This document shows, in pieces, positions 46,980 to 55,575 of a stretch of 56,279 bases of DNA; the stretch's first letter is position 1, and each line of letters starts with the position of its first letter. Source of the stretch: a virus (lineage: Duplodnaviria; Caudoviricetes); the IMG/VR virus record IMGVR_UViG_3300027365_000016, positions 1-56,279 of that record; one strand, 5' to 3'. Both the position numbers and the translations under genes were made by a program. Below the pieces are notes generated by a model. It ran no database searches. It was not told the origin of the DNA and saw only the letters and a program-made list of their open reading frames with translations.

Positions 46980-47293
46980 TCTTCTCCGTCGTCGATTTCG
47001 GGTTTTAGCACCGCCGCTACCTCCTCGCCCAGCGAGTCGACCTCGGCCTGCCAGCGGCTAATCTGGGTCTCGATGACCCGCTTGATCAGGTCGTTATCGA
47101 TGTTGGCGGTGACGACAGGACCTCTATGTATCGGGACGGCGATCTGGAGGACTCCTGTGTCCGGGACCTGCTGCAGGCAGGCCTCTCCCCGGGATATGCG
47201 GTCGCGCAGAGTCTGACGACGGGTGACCTTCTCCCAGGCTTCCTGGAGGCGCTGCTCTATCTTGTCGATGTTCCGGCGGCATTCGTGGCTCAT
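46976..47293 (-). CDS. hypothetical protein
   Basis: Operon fit. Confidence 0.6.
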   Translation of the reverse strand: MSHECRRNIDKIEQRLQEAWEKVTRRQTLRDRISRGEACLQQVPDTGVLQIAVPIHRGPVVTANIDNDLIKRVIETQISRWQAEVDSLGEEVAAVLKPEIDDGEE

Positions 47294-47775
47294 GGCAGTG
47301 GCTCCCAGCGGGTAAGGGGTTGATCAGCGCGGATATACAGCGGGTGCCTCGGGGCGCCGGACTTCGTGGACCCGAGACACCAGAGCCGGGCTCCGACCTC
47401 GGACAGGGCCTCCGCGACCTCCGCCACCCGTTCGGTCCTGGCGTTGGCGCCCCAGGCGCAAATCACGTCACCGTGCTCACGGGCGAGACGGGCGAGCCAG
47501 CTATCGTTTTCCGGGCCGACCGGATCATCCTGCAGCCATAAGTCCTTCGGGTGGGTCGCGCGAAAGGCGTAGAGATTGGCCACGATCAGGCCGTTGCACC
47601 CCCAGGTCTTCGCGAAGCCCCGGCAACGACGGATGGTCGGGTCATCCATCTCGGCGTCGGCGGTACTCGGGTTGAGCATCAGGAACAAAGCGGTGCTGCG
47701 CTCCGGGTTATCGACTTCGCTCGGCCGGCTGAGGACATAGCGGTACCGGCCGCAGGAACTGATGACCGCGCTCAC
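47290..47775 (-). CDS. DUF1643 protein
   Basis: YRY.L.R, MLNPSTAD..DDPTIRRC, NLYA.RAT.P, AWG, PRHPLY. Confidence 0.9.
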   Translation of the reverse strand: MSAVISSCGRYRYVLSRPSEVDNPERSTALFLMLNPSTADAEMDDPTIRRCRGFAKTWGCNGLIVANLYAFRATHPKDLWLQDDPVGPENDSWLARLAREHGDVICAWGANARTERVAEVAEALSEVGARLWCLGSTKSGAPRHPLYIRADQPLTRWEPLP

Positions 47776-48722
47776 GAGTCACCTCCGTCCGTTGTTCCCA
47801 GATCGCCACTGAGGTCGAACTCTTCCTCCGGCTGCTTGTACTCGAGCAGATCGACCAGCGCGTCGACGACATCGCCGATCAGCTTGAGTTCGATGGCGCT
47901 GGTGGTCTCCCAGACGTAGACCGGGTCGTCGTCCTCCTCGTCGATCTCGACCTCCGGCCAGGAGAACGACTTGAGTGCGAAGTCCTCGGTCAGCTTGAAG
48001 CCGAACCCGTCCAGGGCGAGGCGCATGTCGACGACCCGGAACCCCACGGCAAGCTGGTCGCGGATCTCCTGACTGGTGACCAGGTCGACACCGGCATAGG
48101 TAACGGTCTCGGTCTCCTCGCCGCGGCGTTTCAACTTGACGGCGTCGCCCACGTTGAAGCGGCCGAACGGCTGGACCTCGGGGTCGGTCGTGTCGATCTC
48201 CTCGATCAGCTTGGCGCTGAGGCCGCGGCTGATCTCGCTGACGTGGATCGTGCGGGTCTGCAGGGCTTCCATGACCTGCACCAGGCGCTGCAGCACCGGG
48301 TCGGCACCCTTGCGGCTGGCTGCGTCGACGATCAGGTACTGGCGCTCGGTGTCGTAGAAGGCGTAGGTCAGCAGGGTGCGGACAAGGGCGGTCTGCGCCA
48401 GTCTGCGGATCAAGCCCTCGCGCAGTTCCTGCTTCTCGACCTTGGTCACCTTGCGGCCCGTCGCCTTCTCCTGGGCCTCGACGTCCTCGCTGAGCATCCG
48501 CGAGACGATCGACGGCGGGATCACCCGTTCGTCGGTGCGCAGGATGAACGCATATCCGTTGGGGAAGCGGGTAACCAGCTTGCCGGTGATCGGGTTCTCG
48601 ACGAAGGCGTGGCGCCGCAGTTCGCCGGGCTGAATCGGCGCATACGGCAGTTCAGCGAGGTGACCCTCCAGCGTGGCGGCATCGGGCAACTCCGTGCTGT
48701 AGACGCGAGCGTTACGGATCAT
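47772..48722 (-). CDS. rdgC: recombination-associated protein RdgC (phage type)
   Basis: MIRNARVY, ERVIPPSIV, K.EK.ELRE, LIVDAAS.K.AD, FKLTEDF.LK. Confidence 0.8.
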   Translation of the reverse strand: MIRNARVYSTELPDAATLEGHLAELPYAPIQPGELRRHAFVENPITGKLVTRFPNGYAFILRTDERVIPPSIVSRMLSEDVEAQEKATGRKVTKVEKQELREGLIRRLAQTALVRTLLTYAFYDTERQYLIVDAASRKGADPVLQRLVQVMEALQTRTIHVSEISRGLSAKLIEEIDTTDPEVQPFGRFNVGDAVKLKRRGEETETVTYAGVDLVTSQEIRDQLAVGFRVVDMRLALDGFGFKLTEDFALKSFSWPEVEIDEEDDDPVYVWETTSAIELKLIGDVVDALVDLLEYKQPEEEFDLSGDLGTTDGGDS

Positions 48723-48751
48723 GAGTTGAATAATCTCTCTATGGTTGAAAT

Positions 48752-48997
48752 TCACCACACAGTTAGGCAGCCGGAATGCCGGGGGCCGTACCCCGCGACG
48801 AGCCGGGCTTGGAAGTGGCGCTTGGTGGTTCGGCCGGCGACCTGCGCGCCGGTTTCGATACGGTCAAGGTCGGCGGTTTCGAGCCCGACCAGGGTCAGTG
48901 GCGGAAGCTGGCTGAGGATCTTCCGGGCAACCTTGTACCGGCTCGGCTTCATCCGGTAGAGCGCCGGCAGGCTGCCGACCTGAGCCGCGGTAATCAT
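48752..48997 (-). CDS. hypothetical protein
   Basis: ATGA coupling with the upstream gene. Confidence 0.5.
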   Translation of the reverse strand: MITAAQVGSLPALYRMKPSRYKVARKILSQLPPLTLVGLETADLDRIETGAQVAGRTTKRHFQARLVAGYGPRHSGCLTVW

Positions 48998-49380
48998 CGA
49001 GCCGTCTCCGCTTCCAGCGTCAGCATCGGCGCCGCCTGTTGCCAGGGCAGGTCGGCAAGCTGGTGATTCGGCTTGCTGCTCAGGTGGAAGCCGTGGCAGA
49101 CGTGGCAGGGGTAGAGGCTTTGCTCGCGCCTGCAAGGGTCGCGCCGGATCCGTGCCAGGGCCTCGGCGGCGTCGATGCGAGTGGCATAGCGCTTCTTGAC
49201 GCAGAACACGTCGCCGGAGGGAAGGCGATAAGCGATGGGCGGGCGGCTCTCGTCGAGGACGACCGGTTCGGCATCGAACAGGGCGACCAGGTGGGCCATC
49301 TTGCGCTCCCGCTGGCTACGACTCGGGGCGCACTGGGCCGCTTCCCAGCGGCGACGGAATTTGCAGACGCTCATCTTCAT
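48994..49380 (-). CDS. hypothetical Zn-binding protein
   Basis: C.KKRY.T...A ... YPCHVCHGFHLSS; start uncertain. Confidence 0.6.
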   Translation of the reverse strand: MKMSVCKFRRRWEAAQCAPSRSQRERKMAHLVALFDAEPVVLDESRPPIAYRLPSGDVFCVKKRYATRIDAAEALARIRRDPCRREQSLYPCHVCHGFHLSSKPNHQLADLPWQQAAPMLTLEAETAR

Positions 49381-49456
49381 CGACTTCGCTCCTCCATCCG
49401 GCGATGATCGCAGATTAGGGCACCGCCGGATGAGATGTCAACTTTTAGTTGAAAAG

Positions 49457-49702
49457 TCAGCCGCGACGATGCCGCCCGTTGCGACGCAGAGCCGCCTCCT
49501 CGGCTTCGTAGTCGTCGCGGCACCCCGGCAGGCCGGGCACCTCGGGCGGACAGAACGACAGTTCCTTGTCGATCACCTCGTTGCAGTAGAGGCACCGTCC
49601 GGTCGGCCGTTTGCGAGCCCGGGAGGCCGTCTCGGCGATCTGGCTGTCGAGTACCTGCTGCGCCAGTTCCATCTCTCGGTCGAGGATCTTTTCGTCAGTC
49701 AC
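49457..49702 (-). CDS. TraR/DksA-like C4 zinc-finger protein
   Basis: N-terminal helix D..LDRE.E, CLYC, FC...CRDDYE. Confidence 0.6.
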   Translation of the reverse strand: MTDEKILDREMELAQQVLDSQIAETASRARKRPTGRCLYCNEVIDKELSFCPPEVPGLPGCRDDYEAEEAALRRNGRHRRG

Positions 49703-50168
49703 GGTGGCCACCCTTGCGGTTGCTGTCGGAGAAGACGCCAGGGGCAATGAGCTCGGCAGAGCGTTCGGCGCGGAACAGAATCATCCCCAGGGTGTAGACG
49801 ATCGCGCCGCGCAGTTCGTGGACCGCCTTCTCCGGCTTCATGGCACGGCTCTCCTGCGTTTTCTTGCAGACCTGGTAGGCCATGCCGCCGTCGTCGTCGA
49901 GTTGCCGGCTGATGGAGAGCATGCGCTGATTAACGAACGGCAAGTCGTTGGCGTGACGTTCCCGGCCCTTGCCGAGGGCCATCTGCTCATAGGCGCCGAG
50001 CAACGCGCAGGCGGATTCATGGTAGGGGTGCCCCGGGTCGGCGAATGCGTCGATGAGATCTTTTCGGGCCTCTCGGAAATTGAGAGTGAGGGCGTCAGCC
50101 ACCCCGGACGGTACCGGAGCCTGTTCGGTGGGGAGGCTTGCTCGAGTTGGATGCTGCGGATCAGACAC
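49695..50168 (-). CDS. conserved all-helical phage protein
   Basis: GKGRERHANDLPF..Q.M, YQVCKK, ELRGAIVY; AGGAG RBS before GTG. Confidence 0.65.
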   Translation of the reverse strand: MSDPQHPTRASLPTEQAPVPSGVADALTLNFREARKDLIDAFADPGHPYHESACALLGAYEQMALGKGRERHANDLPFVNQRMLSISRQLDDDGGMAYQVCKKTQESRAMKPEKAVHELRGAIVYTLGMILFRAERSAELIAPGVFSDSNRKGGHRD

Positions 50169-50367
50169 GGTCTTGCTCCTGCGGTGAGTGAACGGTTGCC
50201 ATGTACCAGCAATATGACGTTTGACTATCAACTAAAAGTTGACTAGAGTCAACGCCGAACCCTTACGGAACTGAGTGATTATCGGCGGCAGGCCCCATGA
50301 AAACGCCTTCGTGCGTATGAGTGTGCCCGGATCTGCAACTGGTAGTTGCAAGGTGGAGGAAAGTGAG

Positions 50368-50703
50368 ATGCGTCAGCAGCCTCGTAACCACCGCAGGCCC
50401 TGGACCGACGAAGCCCGGGGGCGGCTACTCGCCAAATGGCGCAAGGGCCGCACGCCGGCGCAGATCGGCCACGACATGGGGCGAACCGTGCAGGCGATAC
50501 GTGAGGAGTTGCGTCTGCTGGGCATCGACCCGGAGACGTCGACAGCGGAAACCCTGCAGGGGGTCGTCTCTCCGAAGCCTGCCCCTTATCAGGAGGGTCA
50601 GACATCGGCACACGAGAGCGACTGCCCCTACGGGGTCAGCACCTCCGAAGAGCGGGTCAACCGCGGCTGGTGGCTGGCGGGGTTTCACGACCGACGATCT
50701 TGA
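50368..50703 (+). CDS. HTH (GcrA/Myb-like) protein with RMF-like C-terminal motif
   Basis: PWTDE...G.T..QIG..MGRT; YQEG...CPY...WWLAGF. Confidence 0.6.
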   Translation: MRQQPRNHRRPWTDEARGRLLAKWRKGRTPAQIGHDMGRTVQAIREELRLLGIDPETSTAETLQGVVSPKPAPYQEGQTSAHESDCPYGVSTSEERVNRGWWLAGFHDRRS

Positions 50704-50875
50704 CGATGGCGAAGCGCCGTCGTCACCGATTCGACGCGTCCTCAAATACCCACACGTTTTGTAGGACATTGCCTATACAGCGGCTAGTCTACGCTAGGTA
50801 TTCTGAGCAAACTGGACATGCATACAGTAAAATGTACGCGGGAAATTAACCTCATAAAAATCGCTCGAGGTCTCG

Positions 50876-51076
50876 ATGCGGGAAATCTACCTAATGCAAA
50901 TCGCGCTCTACGCCGAGTTCTACGAGAACGAGTACGGCCGGAAGCCGAGAGTTCTTTACGTTCGCCGGCCGGTATGGGAGTGCCTGGGGCAGCCCGACAT
51001 CGCGTCGGGGGTCCGGGTCGTCCCGGCGGACGAGATGACGGACCTGGTGACCGCGGAAAGCGGCAGGAAGGTGTAA
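50876..51076 (+). CDS. hypothetical protein
   Basis: GAGGT RBS. Confidence 0.5.
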   Translation: MREIYLMQIALYAEFYENEYGRKPRVLYVRRPVWECLGQPDIASGVRVVPADEMTDLVTAESGRKV

Positions 51077-51255
51077 CCGGTCGCCAGGCATGCGAGTGGT
51101 TGCGAAACCCTCGATTCGTGCTCACCCGCATGCCGGTCAGTCGGAGCAGCACCGGGCCGCCTCTCACCGTTACCGATTCGTCCCGTAGAAACCGCACCGA
51201 ATGACCCACCCGGCAAGGGGGCTGTAAGGCAACGGCCCCCCGCCAGGAGAAGCAG

Positions 51256-51459
51256 ATGATGAGCAGCCCGGAACGCACCCCCGAATACGATCACCTCGTC
51301 AGCCTGAAAACCTTCGCTCGTGAGCTCGGCATCAGCCGCACCACGCTCTGGCGGATGGGCCAGCGCGGAGAGATCCAGCCCCCTACCACCATCAGCCGAG
51401 GACGTGTAGGGTATCCCCGTTCAGTCCTCGAGGAACTCAAGAAGCGTCAAACGGTATGA
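51256..51459 (+). CDS. excisionase / recombination directionality factor (AlpA-like)
   Basis: LGISRTTLWRM..RG....P..IS.GRVGY; adjacent to attP and int. Confidence 0.8.
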   Translation: MMSSPERTPEYDHLVSLKTFARELGISRTTLWRMGQRGEIQPPTTISRGRVGYPRSVLEELKKRQTV

Positions 51460-51469
51460 CCGCGGTGAT

Positions 51470-51765
51470 CCGAGGGGGCTGAAACCCGAGGTTTTCAACA
51501 GCCCCCAGAACGGCCCCCTCGGAAAAAGCAGTATCCATAACCGACTGTTAATTAAAGGATTTTATTTAACTTCGGAGGTGATTGGATGTCAGATTTCCCA
51601 TTGGTTTCAAGCTGTTTCACCTTGTTTCAATACCCTTCCTGAACCCTCGCCGTTGACGTATTCTATGCTGTAAGTTGTTTCACGTTGTTGCAGGTAGTTT
51701 CACTCCTACAGCCCCCGGCAAAGGGTCACAACAGCCCCCACGCCCTGATCGCTTACAGCCCCCTT
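51470..51765. other. attP-like region
   Basis: ACAGCCCCC arm-type repeats (51498, 51708, 51731, 51755; inverted at 51474 and 51217). GTTTCA at 10-bp period (51604/14/24, 51677/97). IHF-like AT tract. Confidence 0.75.
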
Positions 51766-53001
51766 ATGCTCACTGACAAGAAGCTGAAATCTCTCAAGCC
51801 CCGGGACAAGGAGTACACGGTCTCGGATAACGACAGCAGCCGCGGGCAAGGCCGCCTGGTGATCCGGGTGCGGCCGAGCGGCGCCAAGGACTGGCTCTAT
51901 TTCTACTATGTCGACGGCAAGCGTCGTAAAAAGGCGCTGGGCAAGTACCCCGTGGTCTCGCTCAGCCTCGCCCGGCAGAAGGCCGCCGAGCGGGCCGAGG
52001 AGGTGGCCGACACCGGTTACATCGCCGAAGTCACCGAGCCGGCGGAGATCGGGTCCGTGGGCGAGTTGCTAACCGCATACGTCGAGGACCTGCGCGACCG
52101 CGGCAAGCGATCCGCCGATGACGTCGAGCGGTTTTTCCGCTGCTATATCGAGCGCCCTGCACCGGCTCTATGGGCAAAGCCGGCCAACGAGGCCACGCCG
52201 CACGACTTCCGCGACGTGCTGGCCCGGCACATCAAGCGCGGCGTGACGACCGCAGTCAATCGGGTCCGGGCGAATCTCCATGCCGCCTACCAATTCGCGC
52301 TGCAGGCAGAGTTCAACCCGCGGTCGCCTGGCGGCCGGCACTGGGGCCTAACCAGCAACCCGATCTCGCTGATCCCGCTGCAAGCGGACTACGAGCGCCA
52401 GGGCGAGCGCGTACTCGAGCCGGGCGAGGTAAAGGCGTTCTGGCAGGGGATCGGCAAGACGGTCAGCGTGGGGCCTCAATGCGCAGCCCTGGCGCGTCTC
52501 TGCGTGGCTACGGCCGGGCAGCGCCCGACCTCGCTGCTACGCCTGCGTGTCGAGGATCTGGACTTCGACAAGGGTCTGGTATCGGTGCCGCCGGAGTCGA
52601 CGAAGACCGGCAAGCCTCACGTCTTTCCGATGAACCGGCATTCGCGGCGGCTGCTGAGCGGTCTGGCGGCCCAGGCGAAAGACAACGGCGAGGCCCGGCT
52701 GTTCGCGAGCTCGCACAAGAAGGACAGCGCGTTGAACGTCCGGACCCTGAGTACGGCGATCGGCACATACCGCGAGCAGCACAAGGCCAAGCACTGGACG
52801 CTACGCGACGTTCGCCGCACGGCGAAGACGATCCTCGGGCAGCGGGGCATCCCGAAGGAAGATCGCGACCGGCTGCACGGCCATGCGAAGCACGACGTCT
52901 CGAGCAAGCACTACGATCGGTACGACTACCTCCCTGAGAAGCGCAAGGCGATGGCTGCCTGGGAGACTTGGCTCGACGATGTGCTGGAGACGACCAAGTA
53001 G
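51766..53001 (+). CDS. int: tyrosine integrase (P4-like, with arm-binding domain)
   Basis: MLTDKKLKSLKP, LGKYP.VSL..AR, TAGQR, TKTG, RDVRRT, HGH, HYDRYDY. Confidence 0.93.
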   Translation: MLTDKKLKSLKPRDKEYTVSDNDSSRGQGRLVIRVRPSGAKDWLYFYYVDGKRRKKALGKYPVVSLSLARQKAAERAEEVADTGYIAEVTEPAEIGSVGELLTAYVEDLRDRGKRSADDVERFFRCYIERPAPALWAKPANEATPHDFRDVLARHIKRGVTTAVNRVRANLHAAYQFALQAEFNPRSPGGRHWGLTSNPISLIPLQADYERQGERVLEPGEVKAFWQGIGKTVSVGPQCAALARLCVATAGQRPTSLLRLRVEDLDFDKGLVSVPPESTKTGKPHVFPMNRHSRRLLSGLAAQAKDNGEARLFASSHKKDSALNVRTLSTAIGTYREQHKAKHWTLRDVRRTAKTILGQRGIPKEDRDRLHGHAKHDVSSKHYDRYDYLPEKRKAMAAWETWLDDVLETTK

Positions 53002-53034
53002 GTCACACTGGAGAGAGAGAGAGGAGGACCTATC

Positions 53035-53379
53035 ATGGCTCGATACCTCAGACTCACAAGCGCTTTCGTTCTGGCCGGAGTTTTCTCGACTGCGGCGATT
53101 GCCAGCGAGAGCGCTTGCCCGGAGTGCGATACGGTCGGCGACTTGGCGGCGCAGATTACCGAGGACCGCAATCTGGGGCTGCCGGAGCCGGTCGCTCGGA
53201 TCGAAGCGCAGAACCGGGGCGGCCGCGAAGCCCGGATCGCTCAGGGGCTGATCGACGAGGCTTACTCTCGCCCGCGGACGATGCGCCTGGACGAGAGGGA
53301 AGACGACATCCGCCGCGCGCGGGAGTCCGCGCGTTTCCGATACGAAGAAGACCCGGCAAGCCTGGTGCCGGCCTGGTGA
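53035..53379 (+). CDS. exported protein with signal peptide
   Basis: GGAGG RBS; hydrophobic leader ending AIA; CPEC. Confidence 0.65.
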   Translation: MARYLRLTSAFVLAGVFSTAAIASESACPECDTVGDLAAQITEDRNLGLPEPVARIEAQNRGGREARIAQGLIDEAYSRPRTMRLDEREDDIRRARESARFRYEEDPASLVPAW

Positions 53380-53387
53380 GGGTTCGA

Positions 53388-53794
53388 CACCGGCTGGCTT
53401 CCCGAAGTACCGGTTCTGCACCGGCTGGCATTCCGAAGTAAGCTGTCGTCCGGCACCCACAATCTGAGGACTCCCGTCATGCCCGATGGCCCCCGCGGCG
53501 ACCTGGGCCGCAAGGTTCGTGCAATCCGTGAATCCGAAGGTCTGGGGCGTCAGGCTTTCAGCGATCTCACGGGGATCCCCAAGCAGACCCTGATCAACAT
53601 CGAGAATTGCCGCAGCGCCCCCACCGGCGATCACCTGGCGAGGGTCTGCAGTGCTTTCGAGCAGTACACGCTCTGGCTGATGACGGATCGTACGATCGAC
53701 GCCGCCGACCAGGTGCGCCCCTCCTCCTCCGAGACTCCCTGCACCGGCTGACCCTGCGAAGTACCGGCTCGACACCGGCTGACCCTGCAAAGTA
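53388..53794 (+). repeat. four CACCGGCTG-N7-RAAGTA repeats in two pairs with 31-bp period
   Basis: Units start at 53388, 53419, 53742 and 53773. Confidence 0.85.
53479..53751 (+). CDS. XRE HTH repressor (P2 C-like)
   Basis: LGRKVRAIRESEGL.R..FS.LTGIP..TL.NIE...F.QYTLWLMT. Confidence 0.8.
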   Translation: MPDGPRGDLGRKVRAIRESEGLGRQAFSDLTGIPKQTLINIENCRSAPTGDHLARVCSAFEQYTLWLMTDRTIDAADQVRPSSSETPCTG

Positions 53795-53825
53795 CGAGAC
53801 TCCCGGGTGGCGCTTGCCCCCGGGA

Positions 53826-53899
53826 GGTGCGGGCGTGCGCGTGCGCGTGCGCGTATGCAGTCCGGTGCGGGCGTGCGCGTGCGCGTGCGCGTATGCAGT
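53826..53899 (+). repeat. perfect 36-bp direct repeat x2, largely alternating purine-pyrimidine
   Basis: GGTGCGGGCGTGCGCGTGCGCGTGCGCGTATGCAGT at 53826 and 53864. Confidence 0.95.
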
Positions 53900-53936
53900 G
53901 AGGACGGTCAGCCGCCGGCAATCTGAAATTTAATTT

Positions 53937-53976
53937 TCAACTAACGGTTGATTTGGCGAGACGGGTCCGCTATCGT
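53937..53976 (+). promoter_or_regulatory. promoter of the right-end operon overlapped by an operator
   Basis: TCAACTAACGGTTGA at 53937-53951; TTGATT-17bp-TATCGT. Confidence 0.65.
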
Positions 53977-54028
53977 TTGGGGCATACGGTTAAACAAACG
54001 CCAGAACATACGATCAGGGGAAACAACA

Positions 54029-54496
54029 ATGTCAGACACCGCACTCGACCAAGCGAACGCGCAAATGGCGTCAATCCGCGAGATGGCCGCCGCGCTCGAC
54101 GTTGACTATGACCGCCTCGAAGAATTGCGCGACGGGCAAGATGAATGCCCGTTATCGACTAGCGAACGCCAGGAACTCGCCGCGCTCGAAAAAGCCGCCG
54201 GCGACTGCGAAAACCGCGAAGACGCTGAGCAACGCATTCACGAAGACGCCCTAAGCGTTGAAGTCCGCAGCGACTGGCGCGTCGTCGGCGGGGACAGCGA
54301 GCCGTCAGAATTCCGGATTGTCGTTTGTACTGGCGGCCCACATGTGGAGATTCGCGGCGAGCTCGAAAGCGGCGAGCCGACGCGCGCTTGGCTACAGTAT
54401 AACGATTGGTTCCAAGGCATGCGCGAGCGCGCAAACGACGAAGGCGACAGCGAGGTGTTACTTGCCTACGCGGGTTGCTTTTTCTTCGGGGAATAG
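54029..54496 (+). CDS. conserved hypothetical phage protein (TGGP motif)
   Basis: LSVEVRSDW, EFRIVVCTGGP..EIRGEL. Confidence 0.7.
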   Translation: MSDTALDQANAQMASIREMAAALDVDYDRLEELRDGQDECPLSTSERQELAALEKAAGDCENREDAEQRIHEDALSVEVRSDWRVVGGDSEPSEFRIVVCTGGPHVEIRGELESGEPTRAWLQYNDWFQGMRERANDEGDSEVLLAYAGCFFFGE

Positions 54497-54534
54497 TGCG
54501 CCTGTAATTTCAACTAAAGCGAGGGTTTTCAACT

Positions 54535-54798
54535 ATGTATGTTGCCGGATTTAATCGGCCAGGGTATTTGCCGGAAAGCGAGCCTGTCGAATTCTCATCC
54601 TTCGACGCGGCAAAAGCCTACTTGATCGACGAAATAAAGCGCGCCGAAGATTCCGCGGGCGAAGCGGGCGACGAAGAAACCGCCGAAACGCTATGCGGCG
54701 AGGCCGAAGATATCAACTTGTGGTCCTCCCCGGGGACGCTATTCGCGGCTGATGGTTACGCCTATTGGATAACAGAATACCAAGGGGGCGAGGCATGA
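54535..54798 (+). CDS. acidic hypothetical protein
   Basis: AGFN.PGYLPESEP..F..F..AK. Confidence 0.65.
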   Translation: MYVAGFNRPGYLPESEPVEFSSFDAAKAYLIDEIKRAEDSAGEAGDEETAETLCGEAEDINLWSSPGTLFAADGYAYWITEYQGGEA

Positions 54799-54968
54799 AA
54801 ACGTCACGCTATGCGCGCGTCCCCGCTCGCGGTCTGCCGATTGAAGGCCTTTCGCGGGGATCTTCAAACCGTGTTTTTCGCAAGGCATGGATCATCGCCC
54901 GCGAGGCGATACCAGGAATCCTTGTTTTCGGTTTGCTTTATGCCGCATTCATTCATGCGACAAACTAA
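54795..54968 (+). CDS. small membrane protein
   Basis: ATGA overlap; C-terminal hydrophobic helix. Confidence 0.5.
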   Translation: MKTSRYARVPARGLPIEGLSRGSSNRVFRKAWIIAREAIPGILVFGLLYAAFIHATN

Positions 54969-54984
54969 ACAGAAGGGTTTAACG

Positions 54985-55575
54985 ATGTCTTTCGAGTCTA
55001 CTGTTTTCGCTGGTTTCTCGCTGCCGCGTACCGAATGCGGGCCCACAATTTGGACCTATGCGGACAAACCGTTAGCGGCCAGGCTCGCCGACTGGCGCAA
55101 GCATGGAAAATCTCGGGGATGCATTGGCCGCGTAACATATCCGAATCGTATCCGTACCGCCGAAACCGCGAGCGACTTCAAAGGCTGGGGTTTTTATCTG
55201 CCGACAAGCGGCGCCGACGCTATGGGGATGCGTTGGGCATGGTGTGACGACGTCCCCGGGGATTGGGACGATGAAAACCCCGTTCCGACGATCGATCATC
55301 TGGGATGGTTTCTGGATGAAGATGGTTACGGCGATACCGCGCGCGGGATCGTCTGCAAACTACCAAGCGGCCGCGGTTTTCTAGCGGGGTGGTCTATGGG
55401 CGAAGGCATGGCCAGCGAGCTCGACTGTACGGTTTTTGGCGATATTACCGCAGCCGTTCGCGCAGCCGACAGCATGGCCGAAAACATCGCCGACAGCGAG
55501 CGAGAATACCGCGCGACGCATTGCCCCGAGTGCGACCAGGAAACCGACGAATGTGAATGCGGCGAGGAGGAATGA
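54985..55575 (+). CDS. hypothetical protein
   Basis: IDHLGWF.DE, RGIV..LP.GR.FLAG, C-terminal CPEC. Confidence 0.65.
   Translation: MSFESTVFAGFSLPRTECGPTIWTYADKPLAARLADWRKHGKSRGCIGRVTYPNRIRTAETASDFKGWGFYLPTSGADAMGMRWAWCDDVPGDWDDENPVPTIDHLGWFLDEDGYGDTARGIVCKLPSGRGFLAGWSMGEGMASELDCTVFGDITAAVRAADSMAENIADSEREYRATHCPECDQETDECECGEEE

Noticed and set aside
49695-50168. MazG/dATPase indicating modified (Z-base) DNA
   Set aside because: No clear catalytic motif, and no purZ or other base-modification genes in the window.
53388-53899. Possible CRISPR mini-array
   Set aside because: Units are degenerate and nearly abutting, with no unique 30-40 bp spacers and no cas genes.
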